DNA of 64,000 nt, from contig VMEU01000001.1 of assembly GCA_007375675.1 (NCBI GenBank), forward strand, positions 40,458-104,457, read 5' to 3'. Numbering within the stretch: position 1 is the first letter of the stretch; every line of letters begins with the position of its first letter. Below the pieces are notes generated by a model, which was not told where the DNA came from, searched no databases, and saw only the letters and a program-made list of their open reading frames with translations. Shown one piece after another: positions 34,137 to 44,290 of the stretch. Source of the stretch: Parcubacteria group bacterium Greene0416_39. GTDB taxonomy: Bacteria; Patescibacteriota; Minisyncoccia; Minisyncoccales; UBA10102. The translations under genes were made by a program, and so were the position numbers.

Positions 34137-35160
34137 GGGACATTCGGTGCTCCTGGGGGCTAACCTCCAAAATCTGGAAGGCATAAGTTTCCCCAACGTT
34201 CACGGTTTCTTCCATTTTTGTTTTAGTTCCAAACTCTGAAATGTGGCACAAGGCCTGGATTTTAGGCTCAATCTCCACAAACGCTCCAAAAGGATTCAGT
34301 TTTGTTACTCTCCCCTGAACCATGCCTAGCTTTGCATACTTTTTCTCAACCTCTTTCCAAGGATCTTCCTTGAGCGCCTTAAGCGAGAGAGAAACTCTTC
34401 CATTTGCAATATCAATGATCTTTGCTTGTATTTTATCTCCTATCTTAAGAAACTTTGAAAGGTCTTCAATAATTTGCCAGTCAACCTCTGAAATATGTAT
34501 TAACCCTTCAATAGGTTCGGGGGCGCCAAATTGCATGAACGCCCCAAAGTCAACAACTCCGGTGATTTCTCCCTCTACCACGTCTCCCAGTTTGTAAGAA
34601 GAGAGAAGCTCTTTCAATTTATTTTTCTCTTTTGATTTCTCTGAGAGAATGATTTTTTGGTCTCTTGGGTCAAGGTCAAGGATTTCAACCTCAAGCTCTT
34701 GGCCCATGAATTTCTGCAGCTCTCTCAAAATCTTTGTAGGGTCTCCTCCCTCTACCTTTGGATAATGCTCTTGCGATAACTGGGAAACCGGCAAGAACGC
34801 CTGAATGCCGTTGAGTTCAGCCAAGAGGCCGCCCTTGTTTGCTCCCACAACCTTCACTTTCATGATTTCTTCCGATTCTTTCTTCTCCTGGAGTTCTTTC
34901 CAAGAAAGTTCTCTTCCTGCTTGTCCGAGAGAAAGCTCAATGTAGCCCTCTTCGTTTTCAAGCTCCACGATTTTTGAGGCAAGAGCGTCTCCAACAACAA
35001 CTCCTTTTAATTTGGTTTTTTCCACCAGGAATTCTCTTCCATAGATAATGCCCGTGCCTCTTGGCCCCAAGTCTAAATAAATGGCAGAACGGCCAGTTCC
35101 AATGACTTTTCCCTCAACAATTTCTCCCAAACGAAAAGGCTTTAAGTATTCCAATTCCAT
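34054..35160 (-). CDS. rpsA: 30S ribosomal protein S1 (four S1 domains)
   Basis: Repeated S1-domain pattern (GEIVEGKVIG..., GDVVEGEITGV..., GMVQGRVTKLNPFGAFVEI); 368 aa. 3' end overlaps the convergent LTD gene by 83 nt. Confidence 0.8.
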   Translation of the reverse strand: MELEYLKPFRLGEIVEGKVIGTGRSAIYLDLGPRGTGIIYGREFLVEKTKLKGVVVGDALASKIVELENEEGYIELSLGQAGRELSWKELQEKKESEEIMKVKVVGANKGGLLAELNGIQAFLPVSQLSQEHYPKVEGGDPTKILRELQKFMGQELEVEILDLDPRDQKIILSEKSKEKNKLKELLSSYKLGDVVEGEITGVVDFGAFMQFGAPEPIEGLIHISEVDWQIIEDLSKFLKIGDKIQAKIIDIANGRVSLSLKALKEDPWKEVEKKYAKLGMVQGRVTKLNPFGAFVEIEPKIQALCHISEFGTKTKMEETVNVGETYAFQILEVSPQEHRMSLRLATSAAAAEPQQQTTLEQEPTQQDQ

Positions 35161-35220
35161 ACCGTTTTACTTATACTCTCCCTTGCGCACGCTGTCAATA
35201 ATTGATATACTGAAGTATTA

Positions 35221-35240
35221 ATTCAAATTTCTACTACAGG
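35221..35240 (+). promoter_or_regulatory. Half copy (3' arm) of the pilM leader element, 3 nt before the ATG at 35243
   Basis: CAAATTTCTACTACAGGG compared with CAAAGTTCTACTACAGGG at 12160-12177 and 54695-54712. Confidence 0.4.
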
Positions 35241-35242
35241 GT

Positions 35243-35896
35243 ATGCAGATATTTTGGAAAGGCCAGGCGTGCTTTCAGATTCTCACATCCCGCGGCAAAG
35301 ACAGCCAGCTTTCAATTGTTGTTGATCCTTACGAGGAATCCATTGGGTTAAAACTTCCAAGCCTTCAGGCCGACATTCTTTTGGTTACGCACAATCATTT
35401 CGACCACAACAATGCAAAAGACGTGAAAGGATCCCCCTTTGTCATTTCAAATCCAGGAGAGTATGACGTGAAAGGCGTGTTCGTGCAAGGGATCTTTTCA
35501 TTTCATGACGATACCCAAGGCAAAGAAAGAGGCAGTAACACCATATACCGTATAGAAGTTGAGGGCATGAGGATTTGTCATTTGGGCGATTTGGGCCAAA
35601 AAGAGCTTACCCAAGAACAGCTCAACCAAATAGGTGATGTGGACATTTTGTTTGTTCCAGTAGGGGGCGTGTATACCATAGACGGCAAAGAAGCTGCGCG
35701 CATTGTAAGCCAGCTTGAGCCAAAGATTGTTATCCCCATGCACTATGCATTGCCAAAGCTCAAGGTGAAGCTTGAAGGCGTGGAAGAGTTTCTCAAACCC
35801 ATGGGAGCAAAAAATGCAGTGGCTGAACCCAAACTCCTAGTGAAAGAACGTGATCTTGTGAATGAAGAAAGGAGAGTGGTGGTCTTGACGCCATGA
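35243..35896 (+). CDS. MBL-fold metal-dependent hydrolase (UPF0173/YtkL-like)
   Basis: LLVTHNHFDHNN metallo-beta-lactamase motif; 217 aa. Confidence 0.75.
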   Translation: MQIFWKGQACFQILTSRGKDSQLSIVVDPYEESIGLKLPSLQADILLVTHNHFDHNNAKDVKGSPFVISNPGEYDVKGVFVQGIFSFHDDTQGKERGSNTIYRIEVEGMRICHLGDLGQKELTQEQLNQIGDVDILFVPVGGVYTIDGKEAARIVSQLEPKIVIPMHYALPKLKVKLEGVEEFLKPMGAKNAVAEPKLLVKERDLVNEERRVVVLTP

Positions 35897-38800
35897 TCAA
35901 AGAAAACAAACCGAGCGCCATAGGCAAGGTTGAGCCAAGAGAAATTGTGCAGGAGATGAAAACTGCGTATTTAGATTACGCAATGTCTGTTATTGTTGCA
36001 AGAGCTTTGCCTGACGTAAGAGATGGATTAAAACCAGTTCACCGGAGAATTCTGTACGCAATGTACGAAATGGGGTTGACCCACGGAGCGAAATTAAGAA
36101 AATCAGCTGGCGTGGTAGGAGAAGTGCTTGGAAAGTACCATCCTCACGGAGACATTTCCGTGTACGACGCTTTGGTTCGCATGGCCCAAGATTTTTCCAT
36201 GCGCTACCCCTTAATAGACGGCCAAGGAAATTTTGGTTGTTTCACAAAAGATACCGAAATCCAACTGACCGATGGGAGAGCCCTCTCTTTTGGACAACTA
36301 ATTGAGGAACAGAAAAAAGGGGAAAGGCATTGGACCTTCTCATTTAATCAAAAAGAAGAAAAAATTGAGATAGCGGAAATTAAGCGTCCCCGCCTGACGA
36401 GAGAAAACGCAGAATTAGTGGAGGTGGTGCTTGATAACGGAGCACAAATTCGATGTACCCCAGATCATCGATTTATGCTTCAAAACGGAACATACCAGGA
36501 AGCCCGTTATCTTTCTCAGGGGGATTTTTTGATGTCGATGCTGGAATATACAAAAAACAAAACATCCGCTTTTGAGGCGGAAGTTTTGGGAGTCGCAGAT
36601 AGTACCGGTGCTTCGGAGTTGTCGTCTATTCCTATACTAGCAAACCAAGCAGTTCTGTCAAGTGTGTCCACGGAGCCGTGGACGGCACGGGAATTGCACC
36701 CGTCGACTTCTGGACGACAACTCCGAAGCCGGGACTACCCGCCGCCCACGGCCCCTCTATTATACCTACGAAAAGTAGAATGTATCAAGGTGAACAATGT
36801 AAGATTCCTTGAAGAAAAGACAGATGTGTACGACATCACAGTAGATCCTTGGCATAACTTTGCACTTGCAGCAGGTATTTTTGTTCACAACTCAATTGAC
36901 GATGACCCTGCGGCGGCAATGCGTTATACGGAAAGCCGCATGTCTCGGGCAGGGGAAGAACTGCTCGAAGACATTGAGAAAAATACCGTTGACTTCATTG
37001 ATACATACGACGGAATGAGGCAAGAACCCAAGGTTCTTCCTTCTCCTTTGCCCCAACTTTTGTTGAACGGCACCTTGGGAATCGCGGTGGGAATGGCAAC
37101 CAACATTCCTCCGCATAACTTAGCAGAGGTTGCAGACGCAGTAGCCTTCCTTATTGAAAATCCCAAGGCAGACACCGAAGATTTATTTCAATTTATCAAG
37201 GGGCCGGATTTCCCGACTGGCGGAACCATTTTTAACAAACAAGAAATGATTGCGGGCTACTCACAGGGCAAAGGCCCTATTGTGGTGCGAGGCAAAGCAG
37301 AAGTGGTGGAGAATGACAAGAAGAATCAGATCATCATTAGCGAGATTCCTTTCCAGGTGACCAAGTCTACTCTTGTGGAACAGTTTGCAAACCTTGTGCA
37401 GGAAAAGAAAATTGAGGGAATTAGAGACATCCGCGACGAGTCAGACAAAGACGGCATGCGAATTGTGTTTGACCTTGCAAGAGAAGCCCAGCCCCAGAAA
37501 ATTTTAAACCGGCTCTACAAATTTTCAGACCTGCAAAAAACATTTCACTTAAACCTTCTTGCCTTGGTAGACGGCATTCAGCCCAAGGTTCTTTCTTTGG
37601 CTGAAATCCTTCTGCTTTTTCTTGAGCACAGAAGGAATGTGGTTTCAAGGAGAACCCAGTGGGAGTTAGACAGAGCCAAAGAGAGAGCGCATATCTTAGA
37701 AGGCCTTGTAAAATGTCTTGGCAGCATTGACGAAGTTATTAAAATTATCAGACGGTCAGATGACCGGGACGACGCCAAAAAGAACCTCATGGCGCGCTTT
37801 AAGCTTACTGAAATCCAGGCAAACGCAATCCTAGACACAAAGCTTAGCCAACTGGCAAAGCTTGAGCGAAAGAAAATAGAAGAAGAATTAGTTGCGCTGA
37901 AAGCAACAATCAAAGAACTAACCTTAATTCTTGCAAACCCCAAGGAAATTGACCGCATCATTGCAAAAGAACTTGAGGTCGCCAAGGCAGCCTATGGAGA
38001 CCAGAGGAGAACCAAAGTGGTGGTGCAGGGCCTTGGCGAAATTGCAGAAGAAGATTTAATCCCCCAGGAAGACACGGTCATCACCTTAACCCAGGGAGGG
38101 TACATTAAGCGTATTAATCCCGCCACCTACAAAATTCAAAAGAGAGGAGGAAAGGGCATTGTGGGCATGAAAACCATGGGGGAAGACATTGTAGAGCACT
38201 TCCTGTATGGCCAGACCCACGACTCTTTAATGGTGTTTACCGATTCAGGCAAGGTGTTTCAAATACCCGTGTATGAAGTCGCAGAGGGAACAAGGGTTTC
38301 TAAGGGCAGAGGTCTTCTCAACTTTATTGACCTTACTCCTCAAGACAAGGTATTGACCCTTTTTGCCATTGGCAAAGAAGACATTGTGGCTGGCAAAAAA
38401 TATCTGGCCATGATTACCAAAGACGGAATAATGAAAAAAACCCTTTTGGACGACTTCAAAAACGTGCGGCGTTCAGGACTTATTGCAGTAACCCTTAAAA
38501 AGGGAGATCGTCTGCAGGGAGCGCAAAAAACCACTGGCGAAGACGATATCATTATTGTGACAAAACACGGCAAATCCATTCGCTTCAAAGAATCGCAGGT
38601 GAGAGCAATGGGAAGGCAGGCCGCAGGAATCCACGCCATACGCCTCAAAAAAGGGGATGAGGTTATGGGGATGGACATTATCCCTGGTTTGCCGTCGCGA
38701 CTCTTTATACTTTCAGAAAATGGGTATGGGAAAAGCACTGACGTGAAAGAATACCGGATACAGAGCAGGGGAGGGTCTGGAATCAAAACCGCAAACGTTA

Positions 38801-38994
38801 CCTCAAAAACAGGCAATCTCGTGTTTGCCAAAGTTCTTGAGGGCCCAGAAGAAGACTTAATCGTGATTTCAAGAAAAGGCCAGGTAATACGAACTCCTGT
38901 TACGTCTATTCCTAAGATAAGCCGCTCCACGCAAGGCGTGCGTTTCATGAGGCTTGATGAGGGAGACAAGGTTGTGTCGGCCGCTTGCATGTAA
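35893..38994 (+). CDS. gyrA: DNA gyrase subunit A, interrupted by a 218-aa mini-intein
   Basis: RALPDVRDGLKPVHRRILYAM; GQGNFG | intein | SIDDDPAAAMRYTES; C-terminal beta-pinwheel repeats; 815 aa without the intein. Confidence 0.9.
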   Translation: MIKENKPSAIGKVEPREIVQEMKTAYLDYAMSVIVARALPDVRDGLKPVHRRILYAMYEMGLTHGAKLRKSAGVVGEVLGKYHPHGDISVYDALVRMAQDFSMRYPLIDGQGNFGCFTKDTEIQLTDGRALSFGQLIEEQKKGERHWTFSFNQKEEKIEIAEIKRPRLTRENAELVEVVLDNGAQIRCTPDHRFMLQNGTYQEARYLSQGDFLMSMLEYTKNKTSAFEAEVLGVADSTGASELSSIPILANQAVLSSVSTEPWTARELHPSTSGRQLRSRDYPPPTAPLLYLRKVECIKVNNVRFLEEKTDVYDITVDPWHNFALAAGIFVHNSIDDDPAAAMRYTESRMSRAGEELLEDIEKNTVDFIDTYDGMRQEPKVLPSPLPQLLLNGTLGIAVGMATNIPPHNLAEVADAVAFLIENPKADTEDLFQFIKGPDFPTGGTIFNKQEMIAGYSQGKGPIVVRGKAEVVENDKKNQIIISEIPFQVTKSTLVEQFANLVQEKKIEGIRDIRDESDKDGMRIVFDLAREAQPQKILNRLYKFSDLQKTFHLNLLALVDGIQPKVLSLAEILLLFLEHRRNVVSRRTQWELDRAKERAHILEGLVKCLGSIDEVIKIIRRSDDRDDAKKNLMARFKLTEIQANAILDTKLSQLAKLERKKIEEELVALKATIKELTLILANPKEIDRIIAKELEVAKAAYGDQRRTKVVVQGLGEIAEEDLIPQEDTVITLTQGGYIKRINPATYKIQKRGGKGIVGMKTMGEDIVEHFLYGQTHDSLMVFTDSGKVFQIPVYEVAEGTRVSKGRGLLNFIDLTPQDKVLTLFAIGKEDIVAGKKYLAMITKDGIMKKTLLDDFKNVRRSGLIAVTLKKGDRLQGAQKTTGEDDIIIVTKHGKSIRFKESQVRAMGRQAAGIHAIRLKKGDEVMGMDIIPGLPSRLFILSENGYGKSTDVKEYRIQSRGGSGIKTANVTSKTGNLVFAKVLEGPEEDLIVISRKGQVIRTPVTSIPKISRSTQGVRFMRLDEGDKVVSAACM
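36238..36891 (+). mobile_element. Mini-intein in GyrA (no endonuclease domain), inserted between GQGNFG and SIDDDP
   Basis: CFTKDTEIQLTDGR (block A) ... FALAAGIFVHN|S (blocks F/G); in frame (345 and 990 nt from the CDS start); low-complexity linker in the middle. Confidence 0.8.
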
Positions 38995-38995
38995 T

Positions 38996-41900
38996 ATGAT
39001 AAAGAAAATGAGAGCCCACTCGTTATCTCTTCTTCTTGCAGTAATTCTTCTTTTTGTTGCGGGCGGTTCTGTCTTATCAGCGCCGCGCACAGATATTCCC
39101 GCACCCTCCAGCCCTTCTCCTCAAAACAACGGAAGCGCAACAATCCCTGTAACCTTGCAATGGAGCAAGGTAACATTTCCTTTTGGCCTTGCTGGCGGGT
39201 ATCTTTTGGAGGTGGTAGGCGGAGGCGTGAATCGGTCAGGAGTAAACAGCATATGGACTTCAGCAAATTCCTCTGTTTTGCCAGAACAGCTTGTGTCTTT
39301 GGCAGGGCAAACATACCAATGGCGAGTGCGCGCGTGCCTTGGAGCTATGCTTCCTACATCTGGAACAGAAGACAGCGTATGCGGCAATTGGGGCAGCGGC
39401 ATCGCTGGATTCTGGACTTTTACTACCGCGCTTTCAAAACCCATTCTCCTTTTGCCAAAAAATAATGAACTTGCGTTTCTCCAGCCAATAGCTCCCAGTT
39501 CCACGGTTGATTCTGTAAAACTTGAATGGCAAAAAGTGCCGGGATTTATAGATAGTTATAAGATTATTCTTTCAAATTCCCAATTCGCTCAACCTTTTGA
39601 GTTCAAAACCCAGCGTACGGCATCAGGCACAGGATCATTAGAACCCGCAACATCTTTCTGGATTCCCAAACAACTCGTCTTTGTGCATAGTGAACCCTAT
39701 TCCTGGAGAGTTGTTCCCATTCAGGGGGTAACCACCGGGCCCTCGTCTGATACGTGGAAGTTCATGATTTCGTTAGGAGAGGCAGAACCAGTGAAGCCAA
39801 AACCAGATACGCAGGCACCATATCCTTTAGTTCTTGAGTGGTCAAAGGTTTCTGGAGCCAGTAGGTATGCGTTTCAGGTCACAGATTCTAAGGGGGAGAC
39901 AATTCCCGCAGACACTCCCCAGTTGTCTTTTCCCTTTCCCGCGGGCGCAAGGAATGATTTCTTTCGTATTGGAGAAAATTATACCTGGCAGGTGACTGCG
40001 TGCCAGACTCTTTCTCTGTGTGGCGTTCCTGGCGGGCCTTGGCGGTTTACGTTAGGGCTTGCCTCTCCCACACTGGAGAATCCAAAAGAAGGGTCTACCA
40101 TTTCAAGCTCTTCTCCCACATTCAAATGGAGTAGGCCTCCGGCGCCACCCGGGGATCTTCGTTACTCCCTGGAAGTGGAAGGACCAAAAACCATTTCAGT
40201 AAACAAGTCTAGCGGCACAACACCAGTTACCTTTAATGTTTCTTCACTTGTTCCTGGTTCTTATATCTGGCGAGTGCGCGCGTGTAAAACTGACGGAAGC
40301 GCGTGCAGCAACTGGAGCGCGGACGCAACATTCAAGGTCCCCACCCCTGTTACAGAAATCGCTGGTCCTACAACTCCTACTTCAGGCGCCCCACCAACTT
40401 CACAAGAACCTTTTTCCCCTCTTAATGCTCCCTCTCTTATTTCTCCTGCGAACAACGCAAACGATGCCACAACCGCTTTGCCCCTCACGCTTACGTGGAA
40501 CACGGTAGATTTTGAAGGGCTTAAAGGAGGTTATGCCGTTGAGCTGTTGAAAGCAGGGGATAATAAACCATTAAAGTCTGAGTGGGTCAAGAGTGACAAA
40601 CATTCTTTAGATAACCTTTCTACCCCTCTTTTGAAAATAGGAACAACCTATAGATGGAGAGTTCAGGCGTGCTTGGGTGATTCCGCGCCTACTATTCCTC
40701 TTATCTGTAGTAACTGGGGTAGCGGTTCAGGATTTTGGGACTTCACTCCTACCCTCGTTAAACCCGTTCTTCGTTTCCCTGCAGACAAAAGTAATACTTT
40801 CCTGGAGAAAGATTCTTCAGGAACGAAGTCTGTTCATCTGGAGTGGAACGTAGTTGCAGGGGCAGAAAGTTACGTCGTTTCTCTACGTAATCTTAGTGAA
40901 TCAAATGTGAAGGATTTTCCTGCTGGCACAAACGATGTTTGGATTAAACCCGAACTCCTCACGGTTAATAATCAATATACTTGGAAGGTCAAGGCTTTAT
41001 CTGGCACCAATAAAAGTCCTGATTCTGCAACTCGGAGGTTTACTGTTCTTAACGAGCTTCCTGCGTCTGAAATTACTGCCCCTACTGAAAATCAGCAAAT
41101 AACGGCTCCCGCATCGTTTACTTTCAAATGGAAGAGACCGTCAACTCTTTCCAATGATCCTCTGAAGTATAAATGGGCTATTTTGGAAGATTCAGGTTCC
41201 CCGAGTTTTTCTGGTGAGGTTCCAGCAACCGCAAGTTCCACAATGGAATTGCCTAACCAGCAATTGACGAAATTGGGCCAGTACACGTTTTATGTACAGG
41301 CGCTTGGTGCAGATGGCAGTGGAGCTGGTCAGTTAGGCAAGGTAACATTTTCCGTGGTTGAGCCAATCTCTGGTCAGCTTCTCATTTTCGACCCGGAGGC
41401 AGTTGATTACACAGTCCAAGGGGAAAGCCATACATTTACGCTAAAGGCGTTATCGAAAGTAGAAGCAAGAGCATTTCCACTAAGGGGGAATATAACCACG
41501 TTTATTCAAGGGGAATTCGTTCCTTTTCCCTCAAACGGCAAAAGAACCCCAGAGGGTTTTAGCTGCGTAAGCGGGTGTACATACAGTTTTAATAGGCAAG
41601 ACGAACAGCACTCTGTTGTTATTGATTTTATTCTTCCCGGACAGACAGGGGATGTTCTTGGGTTTGCATCAACCCAACACGGAGGTCGTGTAGACCTTTT
41701 GGGGCAAGGCAACATTCTCTCAGCTTCAATAAAGCGTTTGGGAGCGTCTTGCGATCTCACAGGCAAGTCGGATCGGTGTGCCTCAGGTCTTGAATGCAAA
41801 GCAGAAGGTGGGGGAGCAGCGATCTGTAAAGCCTCGGCGACTGCAACAGCTCCAACAGCGCCGGGGGTAACTGCTCCTTCTTCAACAATTTTTTCTGTTG

Positions 41901-42421
41901 CTGACAAAGCCCTGAACGTTGCTTTTACTGCCCTGCTCATTGCTGCTTCGCTATTCGTGTTGCTTGCGGCGTTTCAGTTTGTCACTGGAGGAGACAATCC
42001 AGAGATGATTGCTGAAGCCAGGGGTAAACTTGCATGGGCTGCAGTAGGAATTGGCGTTGCATTGGTTGCCAAAGGAGCGGCAAAGATTTTGCAGGAGATT
42101 CTTTTGCCGTCTGAAGGCGGAGGTGCTCCTAAAGACCTCTGTCCTGGAATAACAAAATCTGCTGACGCTATTCAGAATCCTCTAAAAACACTCTGTTTCA
42201 GCGGGATTCTTGACAGCATTCTTAATGTTATTTTTACACTTTCTTTAATTGTGGTTCCTTTTGTGGTAATATATGCTGGATTCCTTTATGTGACAGGCGG
42301 AAGCAATCCAGCGCAGATTACCAAGGCCCGTGATACCTTGATCTGGACAGCAATTGGCTTTGGAGTTATACTGATTGCAAAGGGTTTGCCGTTTATTCTA
42401 AAGGACATCCTTGGGATTTAA
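38996..42421 (+). CDS. Giant secreted repeat protein (about seven Cys-containing ~100-aa repeats) ending in two tandem VirB2/TrbC-like double-TM modules
   Basis: Signal peptide MIKKMRAHSLSLLLAVILLFVAGGSVLSA. Repeats with Y.W(R/K)V.AC...C.NW...F pattern. C-terminus holds two copies of the module seen in the 42473-42820 protein: AAFQFVTGGDNPEMIAEARGKLAWAAVGIGVALVAKG and AGFLYVTGGSNPAQITKARDTLIWTAIGFGVILIAKG. Confidence 0.7.
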   Translation: MIKKMRAHSLSLLLAVILLFVAGGSVLSAPRTDIPAPSSPSPQNNGSATIPVTLQWSKVTFPFGLAGGYLLEVVGGGVNRSGVNSIWTSANSSVLPEQLVSLAGQTYQWRVRACLGAMLPTSGTEDSVCGNWGSGIAGFWTFTTALSKPILLLPKNNELAFLQPIAPSSTVDSVKLEWQKVPGFIDSYKIILSNSQFAQPFEFKTQRTASGTGSLEPATSFWIPKQLVFVHSEPYSWRVVPIQGVTTGPSSDTWKFMISLGEAEPVKPKPDTQAPYPLVLEWSKVSGASRYAFQVTDSKGETIPADTPQLSFPFPAGARNDFFRIGENYTWQVTACQTLSLCGVPGGPWRFTLGLASPTLENPKEGSTISSSSPTFKWSRPPAPPGDLRYSLEVEGPKTISVNKSSGTTPVTFNVSSLVPGSYIWRVRACKTDGSACSNWSADATFKVPTPVTEIAGPTTPTSGAPPTSQEPFSPLNAPSLISPANNANDATTALPLTLTWNTVDFEGLKGGYAVELLKAGDNKPLKSEWVKSDKHSLDNLSTPLLKIGTTYRWRVQACLGDSAPTIPLICSNWGSGSGFWDFTPTLVKPVLRFPADKSNTFLEKDSSGTKSVHLEWNVVAGAESYVVSLRNLSESNVKDFPAGTNDVWIKPELLTVNNQYTWKVKALSGTNKSPDSATRRFTVLNELPASEITAPTENQQITAPASFTFKWKRPSTLSNDPLKYKWAILEDSGSPSFSGEVPATASSTMELPNQQLTKLGQYTFYVQALGADGSGAGQLGKVTFSVVEPISGQLLIFDPEAVDYTVQGESHTFTLKALSKVEARAFPLRGNITTFIQGEFVPFPSNGKRTPEGFSCVSGCTYSFNRQDEQHSVVIDFILPGQTGDVLGFASTQHGGRVDLLGQGNILSASIKRLGASCDLTGKSDRCASGLECKAEGGGAAICKASATATAPTAPGVTAPSSTIFSVADKALNVAFTALLIAASLFVLLAAFQFVTGGDNPEMIAEARGKLAWAAVGIGVALVAKGAAKILQEILLPSEGGGAPKDLCPGITKSADAIQNPLKTLCFSGILDSILNVIFTLSLIVVPFVVIYAGFLYVTGGSNPAQITKARDTLIWTAIGFGVILIAKGLPFILKDILGI

Positions 42422-42472
42422 AAAGCAAAGGTCGCAGTTTTTAAGAAAGAATTTTCTATATAACAAATCACC

Positions 42473-42820
42473 ATGAAAAAAAGCTTACTAATTGGACTTC
42501 TGGCTTCTGTAATGTTTCTGTCTTTTGCCAGCTTGGTATTCGCACTTCCGACCGACATCGAGACGCTTCCTGAGGTGACTAAAGCAACTCTCTTTGGGGA
42601 CACAGGGCTCATTAATAAAGCGGCAAATCTCATATTTACTGGATTGCTCATCGTTTCGACGTTCTTTATTTTGATAGCAGCGTTTCAGTTTGTCACTGGA
42701 GGAGGAAACGCAGAAGCTCTTGAAAAGGCGCGAGCCATGCTTATCTGGGCAGTAGTAGGAATTGCCGTTGCATTTCTTGCAAAGGGGTTGCCAACGATAA
42801 TCTTTGGCGTATTGAAATAA
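42473..42820 (+). CDS. Small secreted VirB2/TrbC-like (conjugative-pilin-like) protein: signal peptide + two hydrophobic helices
   Basis: 115 aa; signal MKKSLLIGLLASVMFLSFASLVFA; then LIVSTFFILIAAFQFVTGGGNAEALEKARAMLIWAVVGIAVAFLAKGLP. Paralogous to the two C-terminal modules of the upstream protein. Confidence 0.55.
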   Translation: MKKSLLIGLLASVMFLSFASLVFALPTDIETLPEVTKATLFGDTGLINKAANLIFTGLLIVSTFFILIAAFQFVTGGGNAEALEKARAMLIWAVVGIAVAFLAKGLPTIIFGVLK

Positions 42821-42870
42821 TAATAGAAATGAGAATAGAATAGAGTGGAAAATCAAAAGATGATTTCCGG

Positions 42871-42906
42871 CCCGCCAGGTACAGGACTGTACCTGGCGGG
42901 TTTTGT
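42871..42906 (+). terminator. Intrinsic terminator
   Basis: CCCGCCAGGTACAG-GA-CTGTACCTGGCGGG followed by TTTTGTTT. Confidence 0.7.
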
Positions 42907-42970
42907 TTCTTGCCATTCATTGTACTTGAGCTCCAAATGAGGTAGACTTTTCTTGCGAGCCTCCGTGTTT

Positions 42971-43052
42971 GTCGGAGTGGCGGAACTGGAAGACGCGCTG
43001 GCCTTAGAAGCCAGTGGGGCAACCCGTGAGAGTTCGACTCTCTCCTTCGACA
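42971..43052 (+). tRNA. tRNA-Leu(TAG), class II
   Basis: Acceptor GTCGGAG/CTTCGAC (G-U); anticodon stem CTGGC/GCCAG, loop CTTAGAA; variable hairpin; T-arm GAGAG-TTCGACT-CTCTC. Confidence 0.7.
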
Positions 43053-43054
43053 CA

Positions 43055-44269
43055 ATGAAAAACTTTTGCAAAGACTGCGGATATTCAAACTTCTATCATC
43101 TCACTACGTGGCTCCAAGATTTGACGAGCCGTTTCCTGTGGCTTCCAAAACTGCCAAAGAAAATTGAAGATTTTTTTGACGGTTTTCTCGCAACAGTTTT
43201 TACCGTTTTGAGGATAGCCAAATTCAGGGCTGATTTTACGGCACAAGACGTTCAATTGCGGTCTTTTTGTTTTTTGGAAGAGATGAAAAAACGAGGAGTA
43301 ACGTGTTATGCGTTGAAAACAATTTTTGGCTACACCAATCACTTCAAGATGCGTATTGGGGAAAAAGTGTTTCATTTTGAAATGCTGCCAACCGCAGGGT
43401 TCAAAAGCAAATATACAAATCGTGTTGTTGACGACAAACAGCTAACCAAAGAATTTTGCAAAGAAGGTAATTTCCCTATTAGCCAAGGCCAATCATTTTG
43501 GTTTTGGCAAAAACAAAAAGCAGTTCAGTTTGCCCATCAGATTGGCTTCCCCGTTGTTGTGAAACCCAGAGGTGGATCTGTAAGCCGGCACGTTACCACA
43601 AATATAGAAGGCGTTGAGCAGTTGGAGTGCGCAATACGGAAAGCAACAGCGTATTCGCCCGCATTCATTGTCGAAAAATTTATTCCAAACACCTTTGTGT
43701 ACAGGGCAACAGTTGTAGATTTTGATTTTGTAGTATGCGTACAGCAGCTTCCGGCAAATGTTGTGGGCAATGGTATCTTAACAGTACGCGAACTGATTGA
43801 TAAGAAAAATAACAGTCCCAACAGAGGCCCGCTTCGCTCTCGCGAAGGCGAGGCGAGCAAGCCCCATCAAAAAGAGCATACGCTCTATACGATAGTTGAA
43901 AACGCAGTGACCGAAACATTATTGAGCAAAAAGGGATATACTTTTTTCAGTGTGCCGAAAGAAAGTGAGGTGGTGTTTTTACAATACGATCCATTTCTTA
44001 AGTTAGGGGGCGATTTGGTTGAAGTGACAAACACAGTGCACCCCGACAACCTTACACTCGTAAAGCAAGCCGCCAGATACTTTGATATTAGGGTTGTGGG
44101 AATAGACTTTTTGGCGCAAGATATTTCCCGATCTTGGAAAGAGCAGCAATGCGCCATTCTTGAGTTAAACAGCGCTCCGTGCATTGAGTTGCACCATTTT
44201 CCGTCTGCGGGAGAACCCACAAATCCAGCCAAAGCATTGGCTGACATGTTTTTTAAATATTATACATGA
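43055..44269 (+). CDS. ATP-grasp family ligase (cyanophycin-synthetase/RimK-like fold)
   Basis: Start MKNFCKDCGYSNFYHL immediately after the tRNA; FPVVVKPRGGSVSRHV ATP-grasp motif; 405 aa. Confidence 0.6.
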   Translation: MKNFCKDCGYSNFYHLTTWLQDLTSRFLWLPKLPKKIEDFFDGFLATVFTVLRIAKFRADFTAQDVQLRSFCFLEEMKKRGVTCYALKTIFGYTNHFKMRIGEKVFHFEMLPTAGFKSKYTNRVVDDKQLTKEFCKEGNFPISQGQSFWFWQKQKAVQFAHQIGFPVVVKPRGGSVSRHVTTNIEGVEQLECAIRKATAYSPAFIVEKFIPNTFVYRATVVDFDFVVCVQQLPANVVGNGILTVRELIDKKNNSPNRGPLRSREGEASKPHQKEHTLYTIVENAVTETLLSKKGYTFFSVPKESEVVFLQYDPFLKLGGDLVEVTNTVHPDNLTLVKQAARYFDIRVVGIDFLAQDISRSWKEQQCAILELNSAPCIELHHFPSAGEPTNPAKALADMFFKYYT

Positions 44270-44290
44270 AGAATGTAAAATTCTAACGGG

